Below, one piece after another: positions 32,301 to 41,597 of a DNA stretch of 64,000 bases. Position 1 is the first letter of the stretch, and every line of letters begins with the position of its first letter. Below the pieces are notes generated by a model. That model was not told the DNA's origin, did no database searches, and saw nothing but the letters and a program-made list of their open reading frames with translations. A program made the position numbers and the translations under genes. This DNA comes from Nanobdellota archaeon (GTDB lineage: Archaea; Nanobdellota; Nanobdellia; Parvarchaeales; Parvarchaeaceae): positions 1,566 through 65,565 of the forward strand of contig JAJZNV010000014.1 of the NCBI GenBank assembly GCA_021852265.1, in the 5' to 3' direction.

Positions 32301-35300
32301 AAGGCAACGGTCTCTCCCCGCGCGCCTGTGTAGTAATTGTTTGCACCCGATTCAGTTGTATACGTTGGTATCTCTCCAAAGATACAATAAGAGCTGGTGC
32401 CAGAGTACTGCAACTTCACACCTTGAAAGCCACTCCCAATAAGTGCGCCTGTCGATGTCTGATATGGATTCTGTATACACGCATTATTCTGCGTTATAAC
32501 ATATGTATCTGTTACAGGGTAACTATTCACTGCCTGAGAAACTATATACGATTTCGAATAGGAACCGTTATATCCAACGTCTTTTGGACCTGGCACGTAT
32601 AACTGTGAAGACATGGACGGTTGGACATAACTAAAGTTGGATATAAGATTATTATTTATATTAAAAGACAGCGCCTGTCCCTCGGAGAGTACACTATCCG
32701 TTACTACTGGCGCGCCATTGAAAAAGCAATAAAGACTCTGTACACTCTGTGAAGGATTTGTTATCTGGTACAAATTGTTCGAGTTATAATTAATTCCGCC
32801 GAAGCCAGTCTCATGCCAGATTAGTTGCTGGTTCGCAGAGTATGAGACTGTGAAGCACTTTGTTATAGAACCATCTACTGTCTCAGCTACTGAAGCCTGT
32901 GATGCAGAAACGTTATTCACGAGAAGATCTCCGACGGTTCCAAAATTACCAATCTTAAATCCTTCTAGGCACGGGCCAAGCGACGCCTTACAATTGCCCA
33001 AAAGAGTGGCAGTGTAAGCATCTGTCGTTACTAGGTCGCTGTATAGTGTAGATGATACATTCATCCAGTTACTGCTGTACGAAGCAGGGGACGGCTGCAC
33101 TCCTGCAAATATAAGATAACTATTGCGGTTGTACGCATTGAGCTTATTGAAAATAAAATCGTAAGTGCATTGTCCCGCAGATGATGAGACTACCTGGTAA
33201 GGTGTTTCAGCATAAGGATATGGTGAATCACCTAAAAATCTTACATTGTTGCACCCTCCCAAGTTCGGAAGAGAGAATGATACTGGGACTGCATTTGGAG
33301 ACGGTACATTTAGTGTAAGATTATAGACTGTGGACGGAGCATCCCCTATCGCAAAGGGTGAAATTTTTATAAAAGCGCCACTTTTTTGGGCTGTAGATGG
33401 AAACTCGAATCCTACTGCTCTTAGAACGTTCTGTCCAGGTGTGTTTTCTATAAAGCTTATACTATATTCTCCATTAGGATTAAGCCCCCCATTACAATTA
33501 TTTTGTGATCCTGAGTAATTTAGTACGCCATTATACACTACTGAATTCTGGCATATCGGAGTATATTTTACACTCGCGGGTGTACCGGGATTAGAGGATG
33601 GTATAGTAGACAATTCACTAAGGTTCAGGTCCTGTGAATCAACTGGCACACCATTATCTGTAATGAAAAGTGAAGATGGCGTGCCTTTGAGGTTATTCAT
33701 ATTTTGTATCGAAACACCGAGCCCGACATCTCCACTTCCAAGATATCCAGAATTAGTTTTGTTTATGAGGACGGCGCGGATATCCTGTACGGGGGCAGTA
33801 ATATTGCATAGTATTGTACCATTTGGTGCATAATATTCCCCAGGATGGCCAGCCGCAGTAACCCCGTTGTTACGCACCTGCCCCACATTATTGATTATAT
33901 TGCAATTGAAGGGAGTGTCGTTTGTGTTATATAGATAAAAGTCTATGTTGTTTATCACCCCATATTGTTGCAATGGTCCAAAAAGCAATGTAAATCCTTT
34001 ATTGCTAGCAGAGGCGGTCATGTTCAAAGACGCCGTGAATGCTGTACTGGAAGAGTAAGGATTAGTTGCATTTGACCACGCTAGTGCAGTTCCTCCCTGA
34101 CTGGTATTTGACAGGTTCATATCCGAGTTATTATACATCTGTACTGTGAACGGCGTCGATGAAGTTAATACCAGACTCGACTGATTCACCTGCTGCGGCG
34201 TATATGACAGCAATTTACTCGCAACGCAACTGGAGGGGGATATGGTTACGGTCTGGGCAGTTGTCGTCAAGCTAGATAAACTGCAGCCTGTAGATTGCCC
34301 ATTCAGATAAAGAACCGCTGTAATTTGCTTATTCACGAAACTGCTGTAATTTGCGATGTTTTGAGTGCCAAATATCCGTATTACAGACTTGTCACCCAAG
34401 AGAGAATTAACATTCAGTGAAAAACCGTATATCGAGGAAGGAACTGCTATCGGAGCAATATTTGGGATTAACCCTAATGCAGTGTATTCAGAAGAAAAGT
34501 TTCCGAACAACTGACTTTCAGCCCCCGCACCAAAGTAAGCAATCGCCTCATCTGCATATTGATTTGTGGAGGATTGATTTATAATTGGACGTTCTATTTG
34601 CATTGAAATGGAAGACGTGGGATATATTGGCAGGTTATTATAGTTAAGCACTGCCTGGTCTGCGTATGGCATGAATAATATACCGAGCCACCTCTTTACG
34701 AGTATATTCGACACAGAGCCATTCGGAGCATAGAAGTTTTGCACAGCATAACGTATATTTGGAGGAGAGACTGCCTGTGTAGTCCAGAATACACTAAAGT
34801 CCTGAATATTGTCCTGAGATGCAAAACATGACACTGACGATCCAGATAAGTTGAAGTCGGGCTGTAATCCAGTTGCCTTATCGCCATATGAACGATATGT
34901 ACGTGTTCCATTAACAAAAGTTACGGTAGGATTCAGTGTAACATTCAGTACTGACTGAGTAGAGTTTGGGGCAGATACTGAGAAATTAATAGAATCAGAG
35001 TAGATTCTACTTGCTCCAAACGGAGCTTTACTAAGATTCATCGAATAGGAAACTAGGTACTGCCACGTAGGTGATGGCGAAGTGCTCTTTGGATCTATAA
35101 TTTCGTTGTTAAAGCTGTTATTAAGGGCAGAAGGATCCGAGGATGGCAGAGGTTCTACATTGATGCTATTTGTGAAAAGCGTCGTAGTTGGAACATTATT
35201 CAAAGAGCCTGACCACGAAACATTGAACATGTTTCCGAAATATACACTTACATTATATTTGCCACCTAATAACTGCTTAAAAACGCCCATTGGAATCTCA

Positions 35301-37924
35301 ACGGTGAATGTGACAGTGCCATTAGGAGCTATTCTCGGGAGGCCGCTATTGCTAGAGTTAGCGTGGACTAGCAGAGTATTTGACGTCCTTATCACATTAG
35401 GTCCATTATTTAGTTGGCCCTGACCTGGAACTGACATCCACAACCCCAATAAGGAGTTATTGTATGGACCTGCCAGGTAGTTCGGATCGTTTGAAAGTAA
35501 TTCTTGCAATGGTACAGGATTTAGAGGATATTGCGGATTATAATAAAACATGTTTGTCTGCAGACTCCCATTGTATCTTACTTCTATAACGCCATTAGTG
35601 GATTGCATCTCTTTAAGGAAGTTATAATATCCAGAATACTGATTTTCTATAGAGGGATTACCGGCATTCTGGTTACTAGTGAACATCTGACTTATGTTTG
35701 TGTCCCGAAACAGCACTACCAAATAAGGATTTGTTATCTCAGAATTTCCTACGTTTTTCATAGTTATCACGAGTGGGACTTCAGAATTGTTTGAGTTGAA
35801 TACGGGACAGGTACCGAGCGTCTGGCCGAAAACCGTAGAATTTGCATAAGGTTTGGTTATGTCCTTTCTGCCTAGGAAATAGCCACAGAAATTGCCCGCA
35901 CCATTTGCAAGATAAATAGAACTTATCCAAGCATCGGTTACGTTTTGGGCAACTATCCCGTTAGGGGTACATTCAATATTATTCATGAATATACCGTCAT
36001 TAAAGTTGATATAAGTGCTATATGATGTGCTAAAACAATTCGTATTGTTAAAGAAACCATTACACTTGCCAATTGCAGAAGTATAATTCTCGCTTGCAAG
36101 CGGGGGAATTATTCTGGAATAGCTAGGAGGTGTATAAACACCTGTATTCTCATTGAAATTCTCTCCATAAAAGCAATAGCTATCAAGCTCTTTAGCCGTA
36201 AAGTTATTCAGAGGGTCTGCGGTATCATATTGTGGAGCAAAAGGTTGATCATTTATAACATTCTTGAAGCCAGAATACCCCTGACCTAATGTCCAGAATC
36301 TTATATAGGAGACCGGATTCACATAACTTGGATTCTCAAATGTGCAGTTTTTATAGATTGTTCCCGGCGGTGTACCTGCTGCATTATTTGTTAATGAGTT
36401 CCATCCGCAAAATGGGAAAACGCCGTCGGTCCTAAAGTAATCATAAGTGTAGGCGTTGCTCGAAGCTCCACTTGATATTCCGGGATAATAAGCCGACTGC
36501 AGATTTGGTACACTATAGGCGTTTTCAGGTAACGCAAGGTAGACACTCTTATTTATAGGGTATGTTATCAGCGGGTTCTCTAATGGATTTTTGAAGTTTA
36601 ACCTAGCGAGATTAGCTACGCTTAACAGTGAGAGGTTAGTCTCATACGGCACGATTGGTATCACTACAGACTGTCCGCCTATGCTTGGAGGATTACCGGT
36701 GTTAAAATAATCCGAAGGTATCGACAGTGAGAAAGGTCCTCCTACATTTAAATATTGCTGTTCACCTTTATTTCCGGCTGGGAAAGTCGCATTATTTAGA
36801 GTCGGCAAGGCAAAATTAAATGCAGATAAGATACTGGACTCTGCGGTTGGTGCTGCCAAATAATCATTTGCAAACGGTGGCCAGAAAACGTTGCCGAATA
36901 CATAAGTTATACTTACCCCGACCCCGTTATATGCAGCTAGACCTACTGAGGGGGTATAACCACTAAGTGACATTATTGCGGGTATACCGCTTTTCCCTGG
37001 AAATTTGAAGTTCACATAATTATTAGGAAATGTTCCACCGCAGGATATTGCGGGAATTATAAGTGTAGAAGGAGCCGGCAGAGCCGATGGACTGGTCTGT
37101 CCTCCCTGATTATTGCTTGGCGGGTAGAATGCAGGATTCAGCGCATAGTAATATGGCGATGAGCCGTACTCATAAAGATATTTTGATGCACTCCAGTTAA
37201 AGAAGTTCGGATATGTTGCACTAGGATCATTGGCATAAGAGTTACCTGCGACAGTTATCGTGCTGCCCGTAGGGCTCGGTAAACAATAATTTGGATTTGA
37301 TACGTCAAACCCATTTAATTCTGCAGCGATTAAATCTGGAAAATTAAATGAACCGCTATTGCCAGGCTTACAGCTTTGAGCCCCGCTCTCAACTGCGCCG
37401 CCACTTTCTGTTTCCGGAAATCCTAAGTATCCCACTATATTGGAATATGTTTGCACTGTGGCGCTGCCTGAGACAGTATAAAGCCATGGGAAGCATGGAC
37501 CGCCTGGCCATAGAGGTGGAAGGTTAAGTGCACATCCCCATTGCCAATGAGGGGGCGTCAAATAATTCTCTGCACTGCAAGCCCCTGTACCGCCCGTATT
37601 TGCAGCCCCACTTATAAATTTCTCATTGAACCAGAAGTTAGAGTTTATGACGCCGGAACCGCCGCACGTGCCAGCCCCTCCGATACACTCACTACTCTGT
37701 ATTGCAGAGCTTACACCCGAGCTGGCATAAGTATTTACACCTATGTGCATACTTTCAAGCGCCGTTATATTCTGTTGTGACGGCCCTTGGCGCATACTAT
37801 AAGTAGACCCGTTATTTGTGATTCCAACACTATAATTGTTTAAAAGTAGGTGCGTTGACGATATAATAAGTAGTGCAACTATCCCCACTATCAGCATATA
37901 ATTTATGGATTTCATATTCCCCAC
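26342..37924 (-). CDS. Giant secreted or cell-surface glycoprotein (3860 aa). It has an N-terminal hydrophobic anchor, YVTN-type beta-propeller repeats, and about seven C-terminal ~100-aa repeated Cys-anchored modules.
   Basis: This is an uninterrupted 11.6-kb ORF. The N-terminus is MGNMKSINYMLIVGIVALLIISS. Composition is dominated by N/S/T/G/Y with hundreds of N-x-S/T sequons. Repeated 41-44 aa units NPDAIVYDPQNQYIYVANGASNSISVI match YVTN beta-propeller blades. The C-terminal third repeats C-[IV]-TTF-x-E-x-[GN]-[LI]-P-x-G-x-x-W-x-V-x-Y at least seven times. Confidence 0.8.
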   Translation of the reverse strand: MGNMKSINYMLIVGIVALLIISSTHLLLNNYSVGITNNGSTYSMRQGPSQQNITALESMHIGVNTYASSGVSSAIQSSECIGGAGTCGGSGVINSNFWFNEKFISGAANTGGTGACSAENYLTPPHWQWGCALNLPPLWPGGPCFPWLYTVSGSATVQTYSNIVGYLGFPETESGGAVESGAQSCKPGNSGSFNFPDLIAAELNGFDVSNPNYCLPSPTGSTITVAGNSYANDPSATYPNFFNWSASKYLYEYGSSPYYYALNPAFYPPSNNQGGQTSPSALPAPSTLIIPAISCGGTFPNNYVNFKFPGKSGIPAIMSLSGYTPSVGLAAYNGVGVSITYVFGNVFWPPFANDYLAAPTAESSILSAFNFALPTLNNATFPAGNKGEQQYLNVGGPFSLSIPSDYFNTGNPPSIGGQSVVIPIVPYETNLSLLSVANLARLNFKNPLENPLITYPINKSVYLALPENAYSVPNLQSAYYPGISSGASSNAYTYDYFRTDGVFPFCGWNSLTNNAAGTPPGTIYKNCTFENPSYVNPVSYIRFWTLGQGYSGFKNVINDQPFAPQYDTADPLNNFTAKELDSYCFYGENFNENTGVYTPPSYSRIIPPLASENYTSAIGKCNGFFNNTNCFSTSYSTYINFNDGIFMNNIECTPNGIVAQNVTDAWISSIYLANGAGNFCGYFLGRKDITKPYANSTVFGQTLGTCPVFNSNNSEVPLVITMKNVGNSEITNPYLVVLFRDTNISQMFTSNQNAGNPSIENQYSGYYNFLKEMQSTNGVIEVRYNGSLQTNMFYYNPQYPLNPVPLQELLSNDPNYLAGPYNNSLLGLWMSVPGQGQLNNGPNVIRTSNTLLVHANSSNSGLPRIAPNGTVTFTVEIPMGVFKQLLGGKYNVSVYFGNMFNVSWSGSLNNVPTTTLFTNSINVEPLPSSDPSALNNSFNNEIIDPKSTSPSPTWQYLVSYSMNLSKAPFGASRIYSDSINFSVSAPNSTQSVLNVTLNPTVTFVNGTRTYRSYGDKATGLQPDFNLSGSSVSCFASQDNIQDFSVFWTTQAVSPPNIRYAVQNFYAPNGSVSNILVKRWLGILFMPYADQAVLNYNNLPIYPTSSISMQIERPIINQSSTNQYADEAIAYFGAGAESQLFGNFSSEYTALGLIPNIAPIAVPSSIYGFSLNVNSLLGDKSVIRIFGTQNIANYSSFVNKQITAVLYLNGQSTGCSLSSLTTTAQTVTISPSSCVASKLLSYTPQQVNQSSLVLTSSTPFTVQMYNNSDMNLSNTSQGGTALAWSNATNPYSSSTAFTASLNMTASASNKGFTLLFGPLQQYGVINNIDFYLYNTNDTPFNCNIINNVGQVRNNGVTAAGHPGEYYAPNGTILCNITAPVQDIRAVLINKTNSGYLGSGDVGLGVSIQNMNNLKGTPSSLFITDNGVPVDSQDLNLSELSTIPSSNPGTPASVKYTPICQNSVVYNGVLNYSGSQNNCNGGLNPNGEYSISFIENTPGQNVLRAVGFEFPSTAQKSGAFIKISPFAIGDAPSTVYNLTLNVPSPNAVPVSFSLPNLGGCNNVRFLGDSPYPYAETPYQVVSSSAGQCTYDFIFNKLNAYNRNSYLIFAGVQPSPASYSSNWMNVSSTLYSDLVTTDAYTATLLGNCKASLGPCLEGFKIGNFGTVGDLLVNNVSASQASVAETVDGSITKCFTVSYSANQQLIWHETGFGGINYNSNNLYQITNPSQSVQSLYCFFNGAPVVTDSVLSEGQALSFNINNNLISNFSYVQPSMSSQLYVPGPKDVGYNGSYSKSYIVSQAVNSYPVTDTYVITQNNACIQNPYQTSTGALIGSGFQGVKLQYSGTSSYCIFGEIPTYTTESGANNYYTGARGETVALNYIPGIYNLTTASGLNETLYGNCELTGNITGQGSVQTVSSEKLYVLTWPQLNVNGSWVKYNPQNPTEAFLATHTAPLMQSAFPSGGVILSLNSNAGSIMSCPVNTTVQNYTTCTAPIAGGVQLMNGSLDGIEGIPNSTIGNSKADYIGGGCLITSQYSCAPTDGALSLESIPAVESGQVSAPSQATAKYQLNANENSGNQIQINTLSFNCNGWYYSGNQSIGLPHTRYTNTTVSCDYGNNGNNCAASYSNTQIGVDTGVLTFSCTVSGSIPNLVSSGITMSSVSTGGVSESNPTGMLSSNFCGNVTDFINENIQSGIAVKWMPYSTTNNAQGYPLAEVGGCLATRDAYNISQPAVTTTFSGPNGMNFKSTYSCPAGYSGTIESCALPANNMPYNESIPPLPTSCLGMKYIKFNTTFISTPVGGDNGSYGQTPLGCNNAPEGYTTPTVTDGCIAYHSGISAKVNASYVLQYDNSSLIGVGLGVINATVPTNVSIPPSGSQAVVKDQYMSGLSVSQYEINNIFTKLYPSNLFLSNIPQAALFKSSVYPFDLLNVLLLQNPYFKIYGIPALANGSIYDYAMNIFTGGTSANCIGGNGNHIDYALYGLGEGQLCSGQSLPQQYLNGIYLSLGALNQGLHALQFYSVSETGNTADPTVNVYDTLGSAYSINANCSNGNSRSFSSQYTGGTWHLNISSDEECNNINNRLYGYIVSCLYQTPGNTTFTIGSQYYLGYNLPTLWNISYTLLVSPKSYNIVPVNVYDVNTTLGTSKLSFYPPTEFIESGLPQSTLSTFGWQMKYAGKHFVSHVSQIDALVNGTLLAEPSFLVDNITVSSGSCFTTYSPVPGSGRASAGSIVNIVFNISSVKCITTFAESGLISGARWTVNYAGTQNSSLSPTDIGFFTNVGNYSYSVYAASNSSYDNNGNPTCTTYYSFLPSAGKLEAGSTLNVKANSSTRCITTFTEYNLPAGYTWTVNYGGLKKSTQTSLSGSSTSIVFPILPAGNYPYNISSYANNADINLLRVGNNPDAIVYDPQNQYIYVANGASNSISVISSTSNTVIANITSGVGNNPDAIVYDPQNQYIYVANGASNSISVISGTSVVSVINTDNTTLGITYDPTNGDLYTVNKGKITFEGSCGTGCGYYSTSQTISIISTSSNSIVATLKVYENTKGPKPQGLGAIDYIGAVGYVYFVDLGGGVGVINPSSNSVFAYLAANVINTNTMLYANGKLYTGGPYGLYILNISDRVYSSNNTQSESSQLSQSIIKNISSMSAATGFTFNSKDGYLYAVNSRNCSIDAYNSTDAKLKAIGLPLSLCAGSVAYDSYTGLFYFTLPSAGRVLTLNSYSYGTNYYGNLTDEPPSPTSGTVTAGSTTYVQFSSSAKSTPSYVSFNRTNIPPNTLWSVTYSKYTAKSLKWWYCLIYKGQCVKNISGSTEVYLPTGPNITLAASTPVDGILLQNPGNYIISNYSISQASSLIQSALQTYWGECEFSAPPSQHVYVPNNVGVGQKTNYIAYTPMTSGSNAVTFLDTCNIGFMESSLPANTVWYVTYAGVTQSANDTSGTTLADTALNMTVSDLNPAGSYSFSVATAYPPNSVGSCGSYSPSPSSGSLPISGSPTKIAFTKNSACVTTFIETGLPSGTTWSVTLNPLSTAVTQSSSASSIGFSTTASTYYQFSTANSNAGGCVYSPNPGTGSIEAGTINSISFSPTSCSLTFSETGDPGEGLNEFWNLTYTNGQGTSGWSSSSASTITLNGLPLGDYQYSVSYIGSECLNPTISPSSGSVNVGPGTSTQNIGFYCYTTFSENNIPSGFSWSVKYLGQTASATAPSSIKVDGFGSTGQYYISNSTNGSSDTQASAGALLYGALASNAYQCSYGDCLEPGTLAPGSSYTFNFYTITTFAVSDNNPYNCEWTPSYDSSQNLNEYGSSEAFWDNQNYGYEIGGNYKWSVSSDGGSPKNCQNNPGTFSSYYFSPTSGTAAAGSTVTLHIGYKS
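29046..29250 (-). repeat. Perfect in-frame tandem duplication (at least 72 identical nt, period 132 nt, 44 codons) inside the giant gene, duplicating one propeller blade
   Basis: ggaggcgccatttgcaacgtagatgtactgattctgagggtcgtatacaattgcatctggattattgccaac occurs at 29046 and again at 29178. The antisense ORF 29056..29376 correspondingly shows QRRCTDSEGRIQLHLDYCQ twice. Confidence 0.85.
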
Positions 37925-37985
37925 ATAACGTTCTTAAATCTAATCGAATCTGTTAAATTTAACTTTTTATTGTGTTTCATACGGT

Positions 37986-40900
37986 TTAACCAGACCAACA
38001 ATTCCAGCTATTGGCGCAATTGCTTGCGCTTGTAATTACCTGGAAATTTGGATAAGCAAGATTATACTCTCCATAAAGTTGATTGATATTGAATTGCGGG
38101 GCATATGGAGAATACGTTGCATTTAACATCTGTATATTTAATTCTGGGTTACCTTGAGGCGTTTTTACAGTGACGCATGCAAATTGAGCATAATATTGAG
38201 TGAGCGTTGAGTTGTAGACATATGGTGCCAGAGGACCTGTTCTAATTAAGTCTAGGGGATGTGACCTCTGCATAATGCGATTAGATTTTGACTGTGAATA
38301 GTTAAAATTAAAAGGCCAGTTTAAAGAGCTATTAGAGAAAAAGTATGGGAAAACACTTTTTCCGGAGTCAGAATGTGGACTTATGTCATACGCCGCCGGC
38401 CCATAAACAACGTATATAGCAGATGGGGCTGTTTTGCCTATATTTACCCATATGATTCCCCCTTGCTGTATTGTAGTTTGGTTCCACCAAGATAATAATT
38501 CAGAATTATCTGAGGATGCATTGACTGCAAATATCTCTATGTAAGGCGCACTAAAGAATGAGTTATAGTTGAAATTTGAATCCAGTTTTAGTTTCAGTTG
38601 ATATGCACTGTTTGAGTGGATTGGATTCAAAAGAATTACATTGTAGTATGCATTGTTTGTATTTGACAATAATCCAAATGATTTTGAGAGAGAGGGATTT
38701 AGGGATGCAGCTGACTGGTATGGAAGTATCATATTTACTGGATTATACCCACGTATGTAGTTGGTAACGAACAGATAATCAACATAGTCAGAAGTAGGTT
38801 TATCATCAGTGGAAAGCGCAAGCAAATTGACTGGATTATTAAACACCGTTCCACTAATTGCACTCGAATAATTTATTGTGGACTGTAATACCGAATTTAG
38901 AGTAAAAGTAAAATTATATCCAGATGCCGACGTACCATAACGATTAATTTGCAAGTTATTTTCAGAACCTGCTGATGCAGAGTTACGCGAAGCCGCTAAT
39001 TCATTTAAGGTGCCAGTCCCTCCATTGTAATTATAAACCACATTTGGATAATTACCATTATTCAACTGGAATATTGTATCAATATGCCCAATAGTTGGGT
39101 ATGTGCTCATTACAAAATTAAAACTTGGGGAAGGCCCAGTCTGCACAACGCCCGCATAGATTGAGAAATTGTCCGGAAGGTTAAGATTTGTCGAATTGAT
39201 TGAGACAAAAGTCCAATTTTGCGGAGAATCTTTAATCGAGTTAATCCCTCCTCCTGAGGAGGATATCAATCCATTCGGGATAGCAACGTATTTTGACGTT
39301 GATTGTGAATTTGAATAAGTAAAGTTATATGAAACGCCACTAGCATTTATGAGTGCATAATTCGGACAGTTGTTACTTGCGGTTAACCAACGCTGGTAGA
39401 AGCTGGGTTGCGTCATAAGGTTTATTCTTATTCCGCTACAAAATATGTTGTTACTATTAGAGATTTGCTTACATGTCCCCCCCTGCGAGTTTATTTGGCT
39501 CACAAGTGCCACAGAGTCTATATTCTTACTAGACGAATCAAACTGTACTGAGGTAATGCACGTCGTATTCAGGAAATTCTTTGCAAGCACAGGCGCACAA
39601 TTGAAATATGTAGCACTTGGTGACGCCAGCGTCTGTACAAATCCTGGGAAGCCGTCTACATATGGATTATTTTTTATCCCACAACTTTCTGTTGGAGCAA
39701 GGCTAAGATTATTTTGATAGCCAAAATTTAGTGAGATCGGCAGACCAAGGGTTTCTGAAGAGATATTACTAAATCTTTGAGGAGAGAATGAGTATGTATA
39801 ATTTACGGTGGCGTTATAATTTGCATAATTATTACAGCTGCTTGCTTCTTGTGCACTTACTGAGAGATTCAAAACGTTCACATTAAAAGGAGTGCCAGAA
39901 AGAAAACTTACCTCGGCAGGGACCTGGTAGTCCAGCAGGTTCTTGAGGTCTTCTTCTAAAGTTTGAGATAAAAGCGTCCTACAGTATTGCATGTCTGAAG
40001 AATTAATACTACAGTTATAGATTACCGTCCCATAATACGGTTGCGCTACGCGACTTAACTTGTTTATAATATAAGACGTACCATGTTCTATTGAACCCAT
40101 AGATAACAAAAGCGCGCTGTACCAGTCATATTTTGGCTGGCCATTAACGGAAACCGTCTTTAGATTTACTCCGTGTACAACGTTATTAAGATAATTATAG
40201 AGAGCGTATTGTGCGAATCCAGTTATGTTCCGATTACCAAGCGGAAAGCTCTCATTTACAAACGCGACGCCCGTTTGCATTAGTTGACTTAGATAATCGG
40301 ATGTCGTTACGTATCCGGATACACTTAAGCAGTTCTGCAGTGTGAATTGCAACTCATTATACGAAAGGCAAACTTCCGGATTATAAAGCGGGAAAAGTGA
40401 GACGGAAACCCTCAATGGCTGGTAATTTGAAAACAATAAATTTTGTCCTGAGCTTAGATCAAATTGATTTATTATATACTTGTAGTATACGAATTGTGGT
40501 TGAAGTGGTACTATGGCATAGTTTTCAGGTATTATATTGAAGACTCCATTTGGATAATTCGTTACAGTAAAATTATACTCCGTACCGGCAAATGAAAACA
40601 CACTATTATTTACCAATGTAATCATAGATGGCACCCCTGCAGCATTATCGGCTGCGATCGCTGCGCTTAGTGTGTATAGATTCGGATTCGCCAATGGAAC
40701 TAGGAAAAACTGTGTCACGGTTTTTCCACCTTGAAGAGACTGTGCATCAAACACTATCGCAGACAGACCATCTTGAAGAGTTATTACAGTGAACTGCGAA
40801 CTTGAGGCCGTAAGTGACCCAATTGTGCCTTGGAAAAACGCGGATCTGATTGTTGGCTGGCTAAGCACGCCCGTCACAATATCCGATTCTGGGAACAGTA

Positions 40901-41597
40901 TGAACTGACTTTCATTAAGGGCGAATAATGAACCGGTTGGCCCAGAAAATATCTGTATCGGCACTGGGCACGAATTTTTAAGATTGCAATTTACATTACC
41001 TAGATCATAGACCTGGAAGGTTGCACCGGTAGAATTACTCCTGTTGTATAGAAACTCATACTTATCACCCAAATAAGGGGCGCTAAATGTCGCCTCAAAA
41101 ACCCCCTGATTATCTGTTTTGGTAAAATTCAAATCTAAAAAGGACTGGACGTTTAATCCACTGCTATTTACGAATGAAAATTGGCTCTGATTTAATAACT
41201 GCGTCAATCCGTACAATATCTCTTGGTTGTTAGGCAAGCAGGTCTGTCCCTCTAAATTATGCCAGTAGTAGACTTTATCAACCGGAATAAACGGCAGCCG
41301 TGTTGTCGTGTTTATATAACCACAATTGAGTGTAGACATTGTCGGATTTAATGTAAACGCATCGAACAGCTGTGCTTTATCAAAAAGATAATGTGCCTGC
41401 TGTATTAGGTAATCTTTTACAGCAAGACTCTGATAGATACTGCTCTGTGCCGTTATTGTTATAGTAGAGCTTAAGCCTACGGTGTTGATGTAAGTAAAAG
41501 CGTTTAGCATTACAAATATCGTTGCGGCAATCATGCCTACCATCGCAATTATATTCGCTTGTCCTTTTCGATTTTTCATATCAGCTAAGCACTCCAA
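37986..41597 (-). CDS. Large pilin-like (class III signal peptide) Asn/Ser/Thr-rich surface protein (1203 aa)
   Basis: The likely true start is MKNRKG|QANIIAMVGMIAATIFVMLNAF, which gives basic residues, Gly at -1, Gln at +1 and a roughly 20-aa hydrophobic stretch. The remainder is N/S/T/Y/Q-rich with many sequons. The gene overlaps the upstream gene by 17 nt. Confidence 0.7.
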   Translation of the reverse strand: MECLADMKNRKGQANIIAMVGMIAATIFVMLNAFTYINTVGLSSTITITAQSSIYQSLAVKDYLIQQAHYLFDKAQLFDAFTLNPTMSTLNCGYINTTTRLPFIPVDKVYYWHNLEGQTCLPNNQEILYGLTQLLNQSQFSFVNSSGLNVQSFLDLNFTKTDNQGVFEATFSAPYLGDKYEFLYNRSNSTGATFQVYDLGNVNCNLKNSCPVPIQIFSGPTGSLFALNESQFILFPESDIVTGVLSQPTIRSAFFQGTIGSLTASSSQFTVITLQDGLSAIVFDAQSLQGGKTVTQFFLVPLANPNLYTLSAAIAADNAAGVPSMITLVNNSVFSFAGTEYNFTVTNYPNGVFNIIPENYAIVPLQPQFVYYKYIINQFDLSSGQNLLFSNYQPLRVSVSLFPLYNPEVCLSYNELQFTLQNCLSVSGYVTTSDYLSQLMQTGVAFVNESFPLGNRNITGFAQYALYNYLNNVVHGVNLKTVSVNGQPKYDWYSALLLSMGSIEHGTSYIINKLSRVAQPYYGTVIYNCSINSSDMQYCRTLLSQTLEEDLKNLLDYQVPAEVSFLSGTPFNVNVLNLSVSAQEASSCNNYANYNATVNYTYSFSPQRFSNISSETLGLPISLNFGYQNNLSLAPTESCGIKNNPYVDGFPGFVQTLASPSATYFNCAPVLAKNFLNTTCITSVQFDSSSKNIDSVALVSQINSQGGTCKQISNSNNIFCSGIRINLMTQPSFYQRWLTASNNCPNYALINASGVSYNFTYSNSQSTSKYVAIPNGLISSSGGGINSIKDSPQNWTFVSINSTNLNLPDNFSIYAGVVQTGPSPSFNFVMSTYPTIGHIDTIFQLNNGNYPNVVYNYNGGTGTLNELAASRNSASAGSENNLQINRYGTSASGYNFTFTLNSVLQSTINYSSAISGTVFNNPVNLLALSTDDKPTSDYVDYLFVTNYIRGYNPVNMILPYQSAASLNPSLSKSFGLLSNTNNAYYNVILLNPIHSNSAYQLKLKLDSNFNYNSFFSAPYIEIFAVNASSDNSELLSWWNQTTIQQGGIIWVNIGKTAPSAIYVVYGPAAYDISPHSDSGKSVFPYFFSNSSLNWPFNFNYSQSKSNRIMQRSHPLDLIRTGPLAPYVYNSTLTQYYAQFACVTVKTPQGNPELNIQMLNATYSPYAPQFNINQLYGEYNLAYPNFQVITSASNCANSWNCWSG

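Noticed and set aside
26629-35794. Many plus-strand ORFs of 60-113 aa embedded in the giant gene, for example 29056..29376 with a repeated QRRCTDSEGRIQLHLDYCQ
   Set aside because: They are antisense to an uninterrupted 11.6-kb ORF. The internal repeat simply mirrors the tandem duplication in the sense strand.
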